A DNA stretch of 64,000 nt from Candidatus Omnitrophota bacterium (GCA_041674705.1 JBAYVF010000001.1:129238-193237), one strand, 5' to 3'. Counted from the stretch's first letter, positions 16,754-27,211 are shown. Program-made: numbers and translations. The notes: generated by a model not told the origin, from the sequence alone.

Positions 16754-16838
16754 GTCCCAACCACCTTTAAATTTTTTATAGGGTTGGGACAAGGATGGCC
16801 CCAATTTCAACTGCGTTGAAATGGATAGGTATTGGGAC
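16754..16838. repeat. REP/BIME-like palindromic unit pair (GTCCCAACC...GGTTGGGAC + GCCCCAAT...ATTGGGAC)
   Basis: Second unit differs from the 9811 copy only in the hairpin loop (TGC vs TTC) and one C. Confidence 0.8.
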
Positions 16839-16891
16839 TAAAATGAGACGTGTTTTTTAAAATTTATATCGCATGAAAGGAGCTCCGCGCC

Positions 16892-17992
16892 ATGAATGCT
16901 TATTTGACACTGTGCCTTGAAAAGGTTATTGCCGAGAGGGGACAGGATGTTTTTTTAAAGGCCGGCACGTCTCCTCATATGCGTTTGGGAGGACAGGTGG
17001 TGGCCCTGCCCTTGAAGGCGCTTTCCGGAGAGGAGCTTCTTGGGCTTGCGGGTGAGTTGCTGGATCCCCGGCAGATGGAAATGCTTCAAAAAAACAAGAG
17101 CGTGGATTTCGGTTTCTCCTTCCATGAGAAAGACTGTCGTTTCCGGGCCAATGCCTTTTTCCAGCAAGGGGAGATCTCCCTGGTATTCCGGTTGCTCTGG
17201 AAAGGGATCCCCAGCTTTGAAGAGCTCCGGTTGCCGTCCATCCTGAAAAAAGTCGCGCGCGAAAAATCCGGCATCATTCTGATCGGGGGTACGGTCTCAT
17301 CGGGGAAGACTACCACCGTGGCGGCCATGCTCCGGACCATGAACGAAAGCGTCCAAAAGCACATCCTTACGATCGAGGATCCGGTGGAATATCTGCATGA
17401 AGACAAACAGTGTCTTATCCAGCAGCGGGAGATCGGCCAGGATGCTGAAAGTTTTAGTTCGGCCCTCAAATACGTGGTGCGTCAGTCCCCCGACGTGATC
17501 GTGATCGGCGAGATGCGCGATGCGGAGTCTTTCAATTTCGCGCTTTCGGCGGCCGAAGTGGGAAGGCTTGTTATTTCAACCGTTCATGCCCAATCCGCGG
17601 GACAGGTCTTTGATCGTGTGCTGGGTTTCTTCCCGCCGTCCGAGCGAGAAACCACCCTGCGTTATTTTGCGGCCAATATGTCCTGCATCATGGTCCAGAA
17701 ACTTTTAGTGGCCAAGGACGGAAAGATGCTTGTGCCTGCCGCCGAAGTGCTTTTGGGTAATTACACGATCAAACAACTGATCCTCGACAAAAAGATCGAC
17801 AAGATTTCTCAGGCAATCCGTAATGCTCATGAAGAAGGGATGCAAACGATGGACCAATCCCTTCTGGAACTCTGGAAATCCGGAGTGATCAGCCAGGAGA
17901 CGGCCATTGCCGCAAGCCCTGCGCCGGAGGATCTCCAGGCTTTGATGAAGGGGATCCGGATCGGGCAGGATACTAAGATTCTTGGAAGCTGA
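16892..17992 (+). CDS. pilT: PilT-family type IV pilus retraction ATPase
   Basis: Walker A GTVSSGKTTT, Asp box, Walker B VIVIGEMRD and His box. About 366 aa, typical of PilT. Confidence 0.85.
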   Translation: MNAYLTLCLEKVIAERGQDVFLKAGTSPHMRLGGQVVALPLKALSGEELLGLAGELLDPRQMEMLQKNKSVDFGFSFHEKDCRFRANAFFQQGEISLVFRLLWKGIPSFEELRLPSILKKVAREKSGIILIGGTVSSGKTTTVAAMLRTMNESVQKHILTIEDPVEYLHEDKQCLIQQREIGQDAESFSSALKYVVRQSPDVIVIGEMRDAESFNFALSAAEVGRLVISTVHAQSAGQVFDRVLGFFPPSERETTLRYFAANMSCIMVQKLLVAKDGKMLVPAAEVLLGNYTIKQLILDKKIDKISQAIRNAHEEGMQTMDQSLLELWKSGVISQETAIAASPAPEDLQALMKGIRIGQDTKILGS

Positions 17993-18000
17993 AGAAAGTC

Positions 18001-18080
18001 ATCAAGTCACCAGGTCGCAAAGACACCAAGTGATAAAGGAACTGCTTGGTGACATGGTGACGGGAGGGCTTGGCGTCTTT
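18001..18080. repeat. imperfect inverted repeat built from GTCACCA/CTTGGTG-type short repeats between convergent genes
   Basis: CACCAAG / CTTGGTG and AAAGACACCAAG / CTTGGCGTCTTT complementary segments; lies between the pilT stop and the AI-2E stop. Confidence 0.5.
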
Positions 18081-19135
18081 TAGGAGACGTATTTTTCGCG
18101 GTAGATCTTGATCAAAGCGAAAAAGATCGAGAGCACTACTGGCGCGAGAAAAATCCCCATCAGGCCGTAGAATTTCATCCCGCCCATGATCCCGAAGAAA
18201 AGAAGGAAATAGGGGAGCCTGGTCTTCTCGCCAATGATCGCCGGCTTCATGATGTTATCCAGAAGACTGATTCCGAAAAAACCTACCACAAAAAGAATGA
18301 TCGCCTTGGTATAGAGGTGTGTCAGGGCGAGATAGACAACGATCGGGAGCCAAACACTTGCCGCGCCAAGGACCGGAATAAGCGAGGTCAGGAAGATCAG
18401 GAACGTGAAAAAAAGCGGGATGGGAACCCCTAAGGCCGTGAATACCATCCCCGCCACAGCTGCCTGTGTGACGCTTGTGAGGAGTTGTCCCCGGATGACC
18501 GCGACGAAGGTTTCATGGATCTGCTTGAAAAGGGCCTTCTTGGTTTCTTTCTCGAATGGCGCGATCTCGTAAATAAAGTTGTAAATCTTTTCTCCGTGCT
18601 TGAAGAAAACGAAGGTGAGGAAGGACATGAAGAAAACGTTCAGAAGAACAAAAAAGATGTTCTTGGTAAAAGTCGCCGCTTGAGTTGCGGCGAGGTTTCC
18701 AAGTGTTTTTGTAGTTCCGAGGAACCAGGAGGACAGACTGTCTTTGACCGTTTGGGATGCGAAGATATGGGCCTGCATATTCTGGAACCAGGGAAGCTTT
18801 CGGATCTGCTCGACCAGTTGCTCCAGTTTTCCATCACGAATGTAAGCGTAAGCCCACTGGGAAAATTCGATGATCTGGGTAGTCATATTGATAATGATGA
18901 AGATGAGGGGAGGAACGACGATCAAGAATACCCCGATGGTCATGAGAAGAGCGATCGAATTGTTCCGTCTGGGGAATAATTTTCGCAGTTTCTCATAAAG
19001 GGGGTAGAAAGCGAAGGCCAGGATGGCTGCCCAGAAAATAGCCGTAAAGAACGGCGCAAAGATGTTGAAGACCTCGTAGATGATGAAGGCCAGGATGCCG
19101 ATGAAGAAAAACGAGATGAATTGTTCGCGTTTCAT
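18080..19135 (-). CDS. AI-2E family transporter (PerM/UPF0118)
   Basis: About 8 TM helices and characteristic length. Start taken at the internal ATG (MKREQF...), because the upstream in-frame extension is the repeat element. Confidence 0.82.
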   Translation of the reverse strand: MKREQFISFFFIGILAFIIYEVFNIFAPFFTAIFWAAILAFAFYPLYEKLRKLFPRRNNSIALLMTIGVFLIVVPPLIFIIINMTTQIIEFSQWAYAYIRDGKLEQLVEQIRKLPWFQNMQAHIFASQTVKDSLSSWFLGTTKTLGNLAATQAATFTKNIFFVLLNVFFMSFLTFVFFKHGEKIYNFIYEIAPFEKETKKALFKQIHETFVAVIRGQLLTSVTQAAVAGMVFTALGVPIPLFFTFLIFLTSLIPVLGAASVWLPIVVYLALTHLYTKAIILFVVGFFGISLLDNIMKPAIIGEKTRLPYFLLFFGIMGGMKFYGLMGIFLAPVVLSIFFALIKIYREKYVS

Positions 19136-19142
19136 GGTATCA

Positions 19143-19226
19143 GTCCCAATTTTTATCAATTTCAGAGAATCTGAAATTGGGGCAGTCCTTGCCACCGTTT
19201 AATAAAAAAATCTCAGGCAAGGACAG
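19143..19226. repeat. REP/BIME-like unit pair (GTCCCAAT...ATTGGGGC + GTCCTTGCC...GGCAAGGAC)
   Basis: Read on the minus strand it has the same order and orientation as the other loci. It ends 7 nt before the AI-2E ATG. Confidence 0.8.
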
Positions 19227-19263
19227 TCTAGCGGATTCCTTTGTTTTGGCAAGAGGAACGCTT

Positions 19264-20181
19264 TTACTTCTTGAGAAGATGATTTTTTACGTAATCGAGG
19301 ATGCCTTCACGGGTCGTATAGCGGCAGCGGAACCCGGTCATTCGTTCGTGATGGCTCATATCCGCTTGCGTGAAGTTCTGAAAAAAGCTGTAGGGATTGT
19401 CGAAGTAATTGGGTTTATGGTTCGTGCCGAGGGCTTCATTCAGCGCATCTACGATCTCGTTAAACGAAGTTGCCTGTCCGGTGCCGAGATTCATGATCGT
19501 GGAGGTCTTGGCCTTGTGTGCCATGAGCGTGGCGGTGACGACATCCTTGACATAAATATGATCGCGTTTCTGCTCGCCCCATTTGAAAATCCGGGGGCGA
19601 TGGCCGTCCATCATTTTGAGTGCCAGCTGGTAGATCATACTGGAGGCGTGCCCTTTATAGCATTCCCGCGGGCCGAAGACGTTGAAGAACCTTAAGCCCA
19701 CCACCTTGATCTTGTCATAATAGGTAGGAGCGAGCTGGTCCATGATCCACTTGGAGTAGCCGTAGATATTATTAGGATTTCCGGCATCGGATTCCTTGAT
19801 AGGCCGGTCGATCGAGCCATAAGTCGCGGCCGAGGAGGCGTAGACCACGGCAGCTTTCTTCTGGGCGGCGAGGTCGAGGACATTGCGGAAGCCTTCCACA
19901 TTATCAAACATCATCTTTTGCTCATCAAGGATCGTTGTGTCCGTGATGGCGGCCATGTGGTAAATTATGTCGAGCTTTTTGCCTTTGGCCCAGCTCATCC
20001 AGCTCTTGTCGGAGCAGTCGTAGGCCAGGAGATCGCCCTTAAAGCCGAGGAGGTTCTTAAAACAGGAACTGCGGAAGTCCTCCAGGACCGTGATGCGGGC
20101 CTCAGGAAAGCGGGATTGGAGTTCGAGCGCTAGGTTTGAACCGATAAAGCCGGAACCGCCTGTCACAAGGATATTCTTCAT
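19264..20181 (-). CDS. hldD: ADP-L-glycero-D-manno-heptose 6-epimerase-like NAD-dependent epimerase
   Basis: GGSGFIGSN Rossmann motif and YGYSK catalytic YxxxK. FFNVFGPRE...H segment resembles HldD. Confidence 0.72.
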   Translation of the reverse strand: MKNILVTGGSGFIGSNLALELQSRFPEARITVLEDFRSSCFKNLLGFKGDLLAYDCSDKSWMSWAKGKKLDIIYHMAAITDTTILDEQKMMFDNVEGFRNVLDLAAQKKAAVVYASSAATYGSIDRPIKESDAGNPNNIYGYSKWIMDQLAPTYYDKIKVVGLRFFNVFGPRECYKGHASSMIYQLALKMMDGHRPRIFKWGEQKRDHIYVKDVVTATLMAHKAKTSTIMNLGTGQATSFNEIVDALNEALGTNHKPNYFDNPYSFFQNFTQADMSHHERMTGFRCRYTTREGILDYVKNHLLKK

Positions 20182-20254
20182 AGGGTCGATATCATAGCCA
20201 AAATTGCCAAAAGTTCAAAGCTTTAATGCCGACAATAGAAGGGGGTAAACGATC

Positions 20255-20563
20255 ATGAAAAAATCAAAAACCTTCTTAGTCTTTTTCCTTGTTCTCGGTG
20301 TGCTTCTCACGCCTTCTCTTGGCTATGCGGAGATGGGGGAAGACATCTCCTACGCTACTCGCGGTGCCGGCAAGATTGTGGGAGGCATGTTCGCCATTCC
20401 GAAAGCCATGCTTCAGGACTCAGGGCGGGTGTTATTTCCCTTCGGGCTTGTGACTGGAGCGGTTCGCGGGACCGTTCAAACGGTGACGGGGGTGGTTGGC
20501 GGGGTGGTGGATGTCGCCCGCGGCGGCGCTCCGTACGCCAAGTACGCAGTTCTCGCGCTCTAG
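20255..20563 (+). CDS. small secreted Gly/Val-rich protein, unknown function
   Basis: GGGGG RBS; signal peptide ending GYA. Confidence 0.5.
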   Translation: MKKSKTFLVFFLVLGVLLTPSLGYAEMGEDISYATRGAGKIVGGMFAIPKAMLQDSGRVLFPFGLVTGAVRGTVQTVTGVVGGVVDVARGGAPYAKYAVLAL

Positions 20564-20580
20564 CATTTTTTCTCATAAAA

Positions 20581-20619
20581 GGGGACAGGCTACTTTACCC
20601 TATAAAGTAGCCTGTCCCC
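20581..20619. terminator. bidirectional intrinsic terminator between convergent genes
   Basis: 17-bp perfect stem GGGGACAGGCTACTTTA / TAAAGTAGCCTGTCCCC flanked by AAAA and TTTATTTT. Confidence 0.85.
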
Positions 20620-20620
20620 T

Positions 20621-20971
20621 TTATTTTCGGAAGATTTCCACGCCAACGTTTTTTGCATTCCGAATGGCGTCCGGCTTTGAAATGCGCAGAAGAATATCCC
20701 TCAGTTTGAATTCCCGGAGCAATATCTTGGCAAGGCGTTCCGCCAGAGTTTCTATCAGATAGAAACGGCTTTTTTGGGTAAATTCCGTGGCGCGGTCGGC
20801 GATCTTTTTGTAATTCAAAGCGTCTCGCAGGTCATCCCGCCTTGCGGCCCTTTTGACAGGAGCCGAGAACTCGAGATCGATCAGGACCTTTTGTTTTTTC
20901 TTGCGTTCCTGCGGAAGCGTTCCGATGATACAGGACACCTCAAGACCTTGTATGAAGATTTTTCCATCCAT
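20621..20971 (-). CDS. folB: dihydroneopterin aldolase
   Basis: IFIQGLEVSCIIGTLPQER... and ALNYKKIADR motifs; about 116 aa. Confidence 0.85.
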   Translation of the reverse strand: MDGKIFIQGLEVSCIIGTLPQERKKKQKVLIDLEFSAPVKRAARRDDLRDALNYKKIADRATEFTQKSRFYLIETLAERLAKILLREFKLRDILLRISKPDAIRNAKNVGVEIFRK

Positions 20972-20995
20972 GCCTGCTAGTCTATCACTTGAAAT

Positions 20996-21078
20996 TAGAG
21001 TTTCAAAGTGTCAGAGTGTCAAAGTTTCAAAGTGTTACAGTGCTGGCTTTGAACCTCGACACTCTGATACACTGACGC
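20996..21078. repeat. imperfect hairpin with CAAAGTGT-type short direct repeats
   Basis: TCAGAGTGTCAAAGTTTCAAAG (21011-21032) is complementary to CTTTGAACCTCGACACTCTGA (21047-21067) apart from an internal loop. Confidence 0.55.
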
Positions 21079-21103
21079 TCCAATTCAGTTTAAATTCAAT
21101 CCT

Positions 21104-22144
21104 ATGGAAACTATTGTGGAAACAAAACCATTGTGTTCGCTCTTCGGCTCCTGCGGAGGATGCCAGTATCAAGACATGCCTTACGAGGAGGAGCTTTCCC
21201 GCAAAGAGGGGATCCTCAAAGAACTTCTTATAAAGGAGCTCAGCCTTTCCGGCGATGTTTTTGAGCCGATCGCTTCTTCGCCGGAGATTTATCACTACAG
21301 AAACCGGCTGGATCTCACCTTGCGCAAAAGGAATAACGGAGAGCGGCAAATGGGTTTTATGTTACCCGGGACGCAGAGGCTTCAGGAAGTCACGGTTTGC
21401 GCCATAGCCCGTAAAGAGATCAATGATTTCCTGCCCACATTAAAAGAAGAAGCGATTCGCAAATTTCCGGAGGATTATAAGGTCGCGAATCTGGTGGTCC
21501 GCGTGGGAGATGAAGGCAAGGTGTTTTGGGGCGGCATTGGCCGCCGGTCGCTTCGGATGAAAGCGGAAGATTATTTTTGGACAACCGTGCATGGACGGAA
21601 GATCTTTTACGCTCTCGACACATTTTTTCAGGCGAATCTTTCGATCCTCGAAAAGGTTGTTTCACGCATCGAAAGTCTTATTAAGTGGCAGAAGGACACA
21701 GTTTTTCTGGATCTTTATTCGGGCGTCGGCCTTTTCGGGATCGCCCTGGCGGATCGCGCTAAGGAAGTGGTCATGATCGAAGAATGCCGCGATTCTGTGA
21801 CCCTCGCTGAGTTCAATGTCGCTTATCACCGGCTGACACACGTCAAAATGCTTGTAGGAAAAGTTGAGACACACCTCTCGGAGGTCTTGACGGAGCATGC
21901 TGGGAAGCCTTGCGTCGCTTTGATCGACCCCCCGCGCGGTGGCCTTGCAAGTTCTGCGATCGAAACCTTAGGTGCGGCGAAAAGCCTCGAGTCCTTGTTT
22001 TATCTGTCCTGTTCGCCCGAATCGCTTGCGCGGGATCTGAAACATTTGGCGAAGGTCGGCTGGAAGGTCCGGAAGATCATGCCGTTCGATTTTTTCCCGC
22101 GGACGCGACATTTGGAGACATTGGCATGGCTCGCACGTTCCTAG
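21104..22144 (+). CDS. RNA (uracil-5)-methyltransferase, RumA/TrmA family (no TRAM domain)
   Basis: N-terminal Fe-S Cys cluster CSLFGSCGGCQYQ. SAM-binding LDLYSGVGLFG and catalytic DPPRGG...YLSCSP motifs. Confidence 0.82.
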   Translation: METIVETKPLCSLFGSCGGCQYQDMPYEEELSRKEGILKELLIKELSLSGDVFEPIASSPEIYHYRNRLDLTLRKRNNGERQMGFMLPGTQRLQEVTVCAIARKEINDFLPTLKEEAIRKFPEDYKVANLVVRVGDEGKVFWGGIGRRSLRMKAEDYFWTTVHGRKIFYALDTFFQANLSILEKVVSRIESLIKWQKDTVFLDLYSGVGLFGIALADRAKEVVMIEECRDSVTLAEFNVAYHRLTHVKMLVGKVETHLSEVLTEHAGKPCVALIDPPRGGLASSAIETLGAAKSLESLFYLSCSPESLARDLKHLAKVGWKVRKIMPFDFFPRTRHLETLAWLARS

Positions 22145-22800
22145 TCCCAAACCCTATCAATTTCAGAGAATCTGAAATTGGGGCAACCCTTGTCAACCCT
22201 ATAGAAAAAAAACCGAAGACAAGGGTAGCCGAGAAGCACGAACCTCTCGTGTTCAAGGATCTCTTCGGGAATTCCAATCCCGTCGAAATGGAGATCGGAT
22301 GCGGGAAGGGAAAATTTCTCGTGGCTCGCTCGATTGAAAACCCGGGAACCAATTTTCTGGGGGTCGATCGCGTCAGTAAGTTCATGAATATCGGGAAGAC
22401 GCGCGTCCAAAAACGGGCGCTTCCGAACATCCGGTTTCTGCGAGCTGAGGCGCGGGCTTTTTTAACCGAGGCGATCGCGCCCGGAAGCGTGAGTATCTTT
22501 CATATCTATTTCCCGGATCCCTGGCCGAAACGCCGGCATCAGGCCCGCCGTGTTTTCACAGAGGAACTTCTCAGACTGCTTCATTCGCGGCTTGTGGCGG
22601 GAGGGCTGATCGAGATCGCGACCGACGATAAGGACTATTTTACCGCCATGAAGAAAACCATAGCGGTGACCCAGGAACTCTGGGAGAATGTGCGCGAAAC
22701 GGTGAATGAGCGGATCCTGGACGGGTTGAATAAGACCAGTTACGAACTCAAATGGGCGGCTGAAGGCCGGCCTCTTTACTATACGGAGCTTAAGAAGTAA
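22126..22800 (+). CDS. trmB: tRNA (guanine-N7)-methyltransferase
   Basis: VEMEIGCGKGKFL SAM motif and FPDPWPKRRH signature. Start is uncertain: ATG 22126 makes the repeat coding, while GTG about 22248 does not. Confidence 0.8.
   Translation: MARTFLVPNPINFRESEIGATLVNPIEKKPKTRVAEKHEPLVFKDLFGNSNPVEMEIGCGKGKFLVARSIENPGTNFLGVDRVSKFMNIGKTRVQKRALPNIRFLRAEARAFLTEAIAPGSVSIFHIYFPDPWPKRRHQARRVFTEELLRLLHSRLVAGGLIEIATDDKDYFTAMKKTIAVTQELWENVRETVNERILDGLNKTSYELKWAAEGRPLYYTELKK
22144..22226. repeat. REP/BIME-like unit pair in reverse orientation relative to flanking genes
   Basis: GTCCCAAACCCTATCAATTTCAGAGAATCTGAAATTGGGGC followed by ACCCTTGTC...GACAAGGGT. Confidence 0.8.
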
Positions 22801-23534
22801 TGAGAATTGCACATGCCCTGGCCAGCGCGGGGCTTGGATCCCGAAGAAAATGCGAGGTTTTTGTCACCAACGGCGCCATTTCCGTGAACGGCGAGGTTGT
22901 GCTCGATCTTGGCCGGCAGGTGGATTTCCAGAAAGATACGATCATGTACCGGCAGAAGGTCCTCCAGCTGGCGCCTCATGTCTATTTTCTTGTGAACAAA
23001 CCCGAAGGTTATGTGGTGACGGCCGAAGACCGGCATGCCAAAAAAACGGTTTTCGATCTTCTGCCGCGTCATCTTGTAAATGCCACGCGCCAATCTTCGA
23101 CGAACCGTGTTCGCGTGTTCCCGGTCGGTCGGCTCGATAAAGATTCCTCGGGCCTTCTTCTTATGACTAATGACGGTGAACTCGCGAACCGTTTGATCCA
23201 TCCGCGCTTTCACGTGGAAAAATGGTATCAGGTAAAACTCAATCGCGCCTGGGACGAGCGAGACCGTAACAGGGTCTTGGAGGGTTTTCATTCTTACGAT
23301 GGTTTTCTCAAACTGGAAGAGATCCGGCCGATCTCGCCAAGGATCTTGATGGTGGAACTCCGCGAAGGAAAGAAGCGACAGATCCGGCGGGTACTCCAAC
23401 GCTTCGAATATGATGTAGTGATGCTCAACCGTTTTTCCTTCGGGCCCCTCAAGCTTGGTCATCTTGCGCCGGGCCAGGGCCGCTTTTTAACTTCCTACGA
23501 GGCTCGCGAACTCCGCAAGGCGGTCGACTTATAG
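22800..23534 (+). CDS. rluB: pseudouridine synthase, RsuA/RluB family
   Basis: N-terminal S4 domain (LASAGLGSRRKCE) and catalytic GRLDKDSSGLLLMTNDG motif. Confidence 0.85.
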   Translation: MRIAHALASAGLGSRRKCEVFVTNGAISVNGEVVLDLGRQVDFQKDTIMYRQKVLQLAPHVYFLVNKPEGYVVTAEDRHAKKTVFDLLPRHLVNATRQSSTNRVRVFPVGRLDKDSSGLLLMTNDGELANRLIHPRFHVEKWYQVKLNRAWDERDRNRVLEGFHSYDGFLKLEEIRPISPRILMVELREGKKRQIRRVLQRFEYDVVMLNRFSFGPLKLGHLAPGQGRFLTSYEARELRKAVDL

Positions 23535-23590
23535 TGCCACGCACCACGATCCACGGGCCACGTGGGACGTGGATCTTGGCCCGTGGCCCT
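23535..23590. repeat. hairpin with CCACG / CGTGG motifs spaced at 7-nt intervals
   Basis: GCCACGC ACCACGA TCCACGG GCCACGT followed by GACGTGG ATCTTGG CCCGTGG. Confidence 0.55.
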
Positions 23591-23596
23591 AGCAGT

Positions 23597-23842
23597 TCAC
23601 TCCTCGATCGTTTTTTTCTGCGGGTGATAAAAGAGGCGCTTCTTCGAGCGCGCATCTTCCATAATGACCACCAGGTGATCGTCCACTGAAAAAGCCGGAT
23701 GCATTTGGATGGCTTCAGCCTTAACGCCCTTGCCCTTCAAAAAATCCAGAAGGAATTCCTGTTCCGGTTCTTTCAGGGTGCATTTGATCTCCAGGAAATC
23801 CCGCACCAGGTATTCCCATGTTTGTTTTGTGATAACGCTCAT
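23597..23842 (-). CDS. hypothetical 81-aa protein
   Basis: Strong AAGGAGG RBS 7 nt upstream on the minus strand; no recognisable motif. Confidence 0.6.
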   Translation of the reverse strand: MSVITKQTWEYLVRDFLEIKCTLKEPEQEFLLDFLKGKGVKAEAIQMHPAFSVDDHLVVIMEDARSKKRLFYHPQKKTIEE

Positions 23843-24026
23843 CGCGATACCTCCTTTGATCCTTTTCTCGTTTTTAACCTTAGCGTCTGTTCACAAGCTT
23901 TGAAAGGGAGGCGGGGCGGAACTTCGGGAAGGGGTCTATTATTGATAGATTGTAGAGGTATTACGGGGTATCTCTCTAGAGACGCTGCCTGTTTAGGGTT
24001 CCGTGAAAAAAATCTTTAAAATATAT

Positions 24027-24055
24027 TTGACAGAAACGGAGCGGTGGGTTATATT
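24027..24055 (+). promoter_or_regulatory. sigma-70-type promoter upstream of the Rrf2 regulator
   Basis: TTGACA, 17-nt spacer, TATATT; about 30 nt upstream of the ATG at 24086. Confidence 0.55.
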
Positions 24056-24085
24056 GCGTCTATTAATCTATGGGGTTACTAGACT

Positions 24086-24538
24086 ATGATATCTAACAAG
24101 ACGAAATATGCTCTCAAAGCCGTTCTCATGCTGACGGGGAAATATGCCTCGAAGGAGCCTGTTTTGATCGCCGAAATTGCGGCAAAAGAGGCGATCCCGA
24201 AGAAATTCCTTGAGTCGATCCTTCTGGAGCTTAAGAATAAAGGCCTTTTACAGAGCAAGAAGGGAAAGGGTGGCGGATATCTTTTAGCCCGCTCGCCGAA
24301 CCAGATCAGTTTCGGGGAAGTCATCGGGATCTTTGAGAACCCTTTTGGTGCGCTGCCTTGCCTGGATCCGAAGGCGAATCGCCGGTGTGATGAGTGCAAG
24401 AAAGGTAGTGTTTGCGGGGTTCATATGGTGATGCGGGAAGTTTATCAGACGACTTCGAGCATTCTTAACATTACAACTTTTCAAGAAATCCATGATCGAA
24501 TGCGAAACACGAATCAGGAAAGCATGTACTTTATTTGA
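24086..24538 (+). CDS. Rrf2-family transcriptional regulator (IscR/CymR-like) with three C-terminal Cys
   Basis: wHTH KYALKAVLML...IPKKFLESILLELKNKGLLQSKKGKGGGY; Cys triad CLDPKANRRCDECKKGSVC. Confidence 0.88.
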   Translation: MISNKTKYALKAVLMLTGKYASKEPVLIAEIAAKEAIPKKFLESILLELKNKGLLQSKKGKGGGYLLARSPNQISFGEVIGIFENPFGALPCLDPKANRRCDECKKGSVCGVHMVMREVYQTTSSILNITTFQEIHDRMRNTNQESMYFI

Positions 24539-24569
24539 AAACAACGCTGTCATTCCCGCATGTATCTAG

Positions 24570-25940
<1,371 letters not shown>

Positions 25941-25964
25941 CCCCTTTCTACGGGTGAAAACATT

Positions 25965-26168
25965 ATGGCGGATGCGGAGATTGCTCCCAAAAGGAGAGGG
26001 AATCTGAGTAACGACGTAATCCTTAAAGAGATCGCCGGAGGACTTGCGGCTTTAAAATACGGCGAGATCCTTATCAAGGTGCACGATTCGCGGATCATTC
26101 AGGTTGAGAAGACCGAGAAGGTTCGTTACGACCCTTATTACGGGATGGTACAAGGAGGTGGCATTTAA
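25965..26168 (+). CDS. YezD/DUF2292-family small protein
   Basis: GEILIKVHDSRIIQVEKTEKVR matches the YezD core motif; this family is typically found in sulfur-metabolism operons. Confidence 0.7.
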   Translation: MADAEIAPKRRGNLSNDVILKEIAGGLAALKYGEILIKVHDSRIIQVEKTEKVRYDPYYGMVQGGGI

Positions 26169-26306
26169 CAGGGACCACGGGAATTTGAAATCTCAAATTT
26201 GAGATTTAAGGTCTGCCGGACGACCGGATGACGGGATAAAACATTTTCGCCTTTCTGACCAGATTGCTGGAGGATGGGGCAATCAGAATCAGACAAGGAG
26301 AAGAAA

Positions 26307-27194
26307 ATGAAGAAGCTTATTATTGCGGGGCTTATTGCTTCGTTCGTCAACGGGTTGTTCGCCGGCACCTCTTATGCCGGAGTGCCGCTCAATAATCTGG
26401 AAGGGGTTGGAGGGATTGCTTTTAATCCATTGGCGTATCTGGCCAATGCGGGAAGTAAATGGAAAAAAGAAACACCGGACTCAGAAAAAGCAGGGAAAGA
26501 AAAGAAGGGTTTTGACGGTTTCGGGTTGCTGGAACATGTCAGTAAGCCCCAAGCCGGCGCCTGGTATGTAAGGTTGCCCCAGTCGCATGTGGATTGGACA
26601 GCGCTTGGCACGGCTTTTTCGCTTTTCGACCGGGCGGAAGTTTCGTACGGATGGGAAGCGGTGGCGCAGCACGGCGCACGGACGATCTACAAGAACAATT
26701 TCGGCGCGAAGTTCTTGCTGGTCCCGGAGAACGCGGGAGATCATAAATTCATTCCAGCGATCTCGATCGGCGGTATTTTAAAAAATACCGACATTGTACC
26801 GTCGAACAAAACGAAGCATACGGGCGGTGACGCGTACCTGGTCGCGACGAAATTGATCAAAGAAACGCCGCTGCCGGTGCTTTTATCCGGTGGGTTGCTC
26901 GCGACGAACAGTCGCACGACCGGTGTTTTTGGGTACGATCCCAATTACCGGTTCACGTGGTTCGCTAACGCGGATCTGATCGTCATGAAGAATTTGGCGG
27001 TGGGTTATGAGTACAAGCAAGGCGCCAAATTTCACGGCTGGCATGATGCGGATTATCAGGACGTTCATGCAGCCTGGTTCATTAATGATAAATGGACGCT
27101 CGTCGGCGCCTGGGTTTACGCCGGGAAGGCGAAGAGCACTCAGGAAGTCGGGTTGGGCGACGGGTTTACGGCCAGTCTGCACTATGCATTCTGA
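26307..27194 (+). CDS. putative outer-membrane beta-barrel/porin-like protein
   Basis: AAGGAGAAG RBS; signal peptide ending SYA; alternating beta-strand pattern; C-terminal ...SLHYAF. Confidence 0.55.
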   Translation: MKKLIIAGLIASFVNGLFAGTSYAGVPLNNLEGVGGIAFNPLAYLANAGSKWKKETPDSEKAGKEKKGFDGFGLLEHVSKPQAGAWYVRLPQSHVDWTALGTAFSLFDRAEVSYGWEAVAQHGARTIYKNNFGAKFLLVPENAGDHKFIPAISIGGILKNTDIVPSNKTKHTGGDAYLVATKLIKETPLPVLLSGGLLATNSRTTGVFGYDPNYRFTWFANADLIVMKNLAVGYEYKQGAKFHGWHDADYQDVHAAWFINDKWTLVGAWVYAGKAKSTQEVGLGDGFTASLHYAF

Positions 27195-27211
27195 TCTTAA
27201 AGGAGGGCTTG

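Noticed and set aside
18080-19195. Recurrent peptide APIS(D/T/A)SLKLIG(I/F)GT encoded by the palindromic units, in frame with downstream genes at 19135(-) and 54241(+)
   Set aside because: The same units at 9811 and 16798 hit stop codons in that frame before the downstream gene. The in-frame continuity at two loci is best explained by chance plus the absence of stops in a short GC-balanced repeat. The internal ATGs give normal N-termini.
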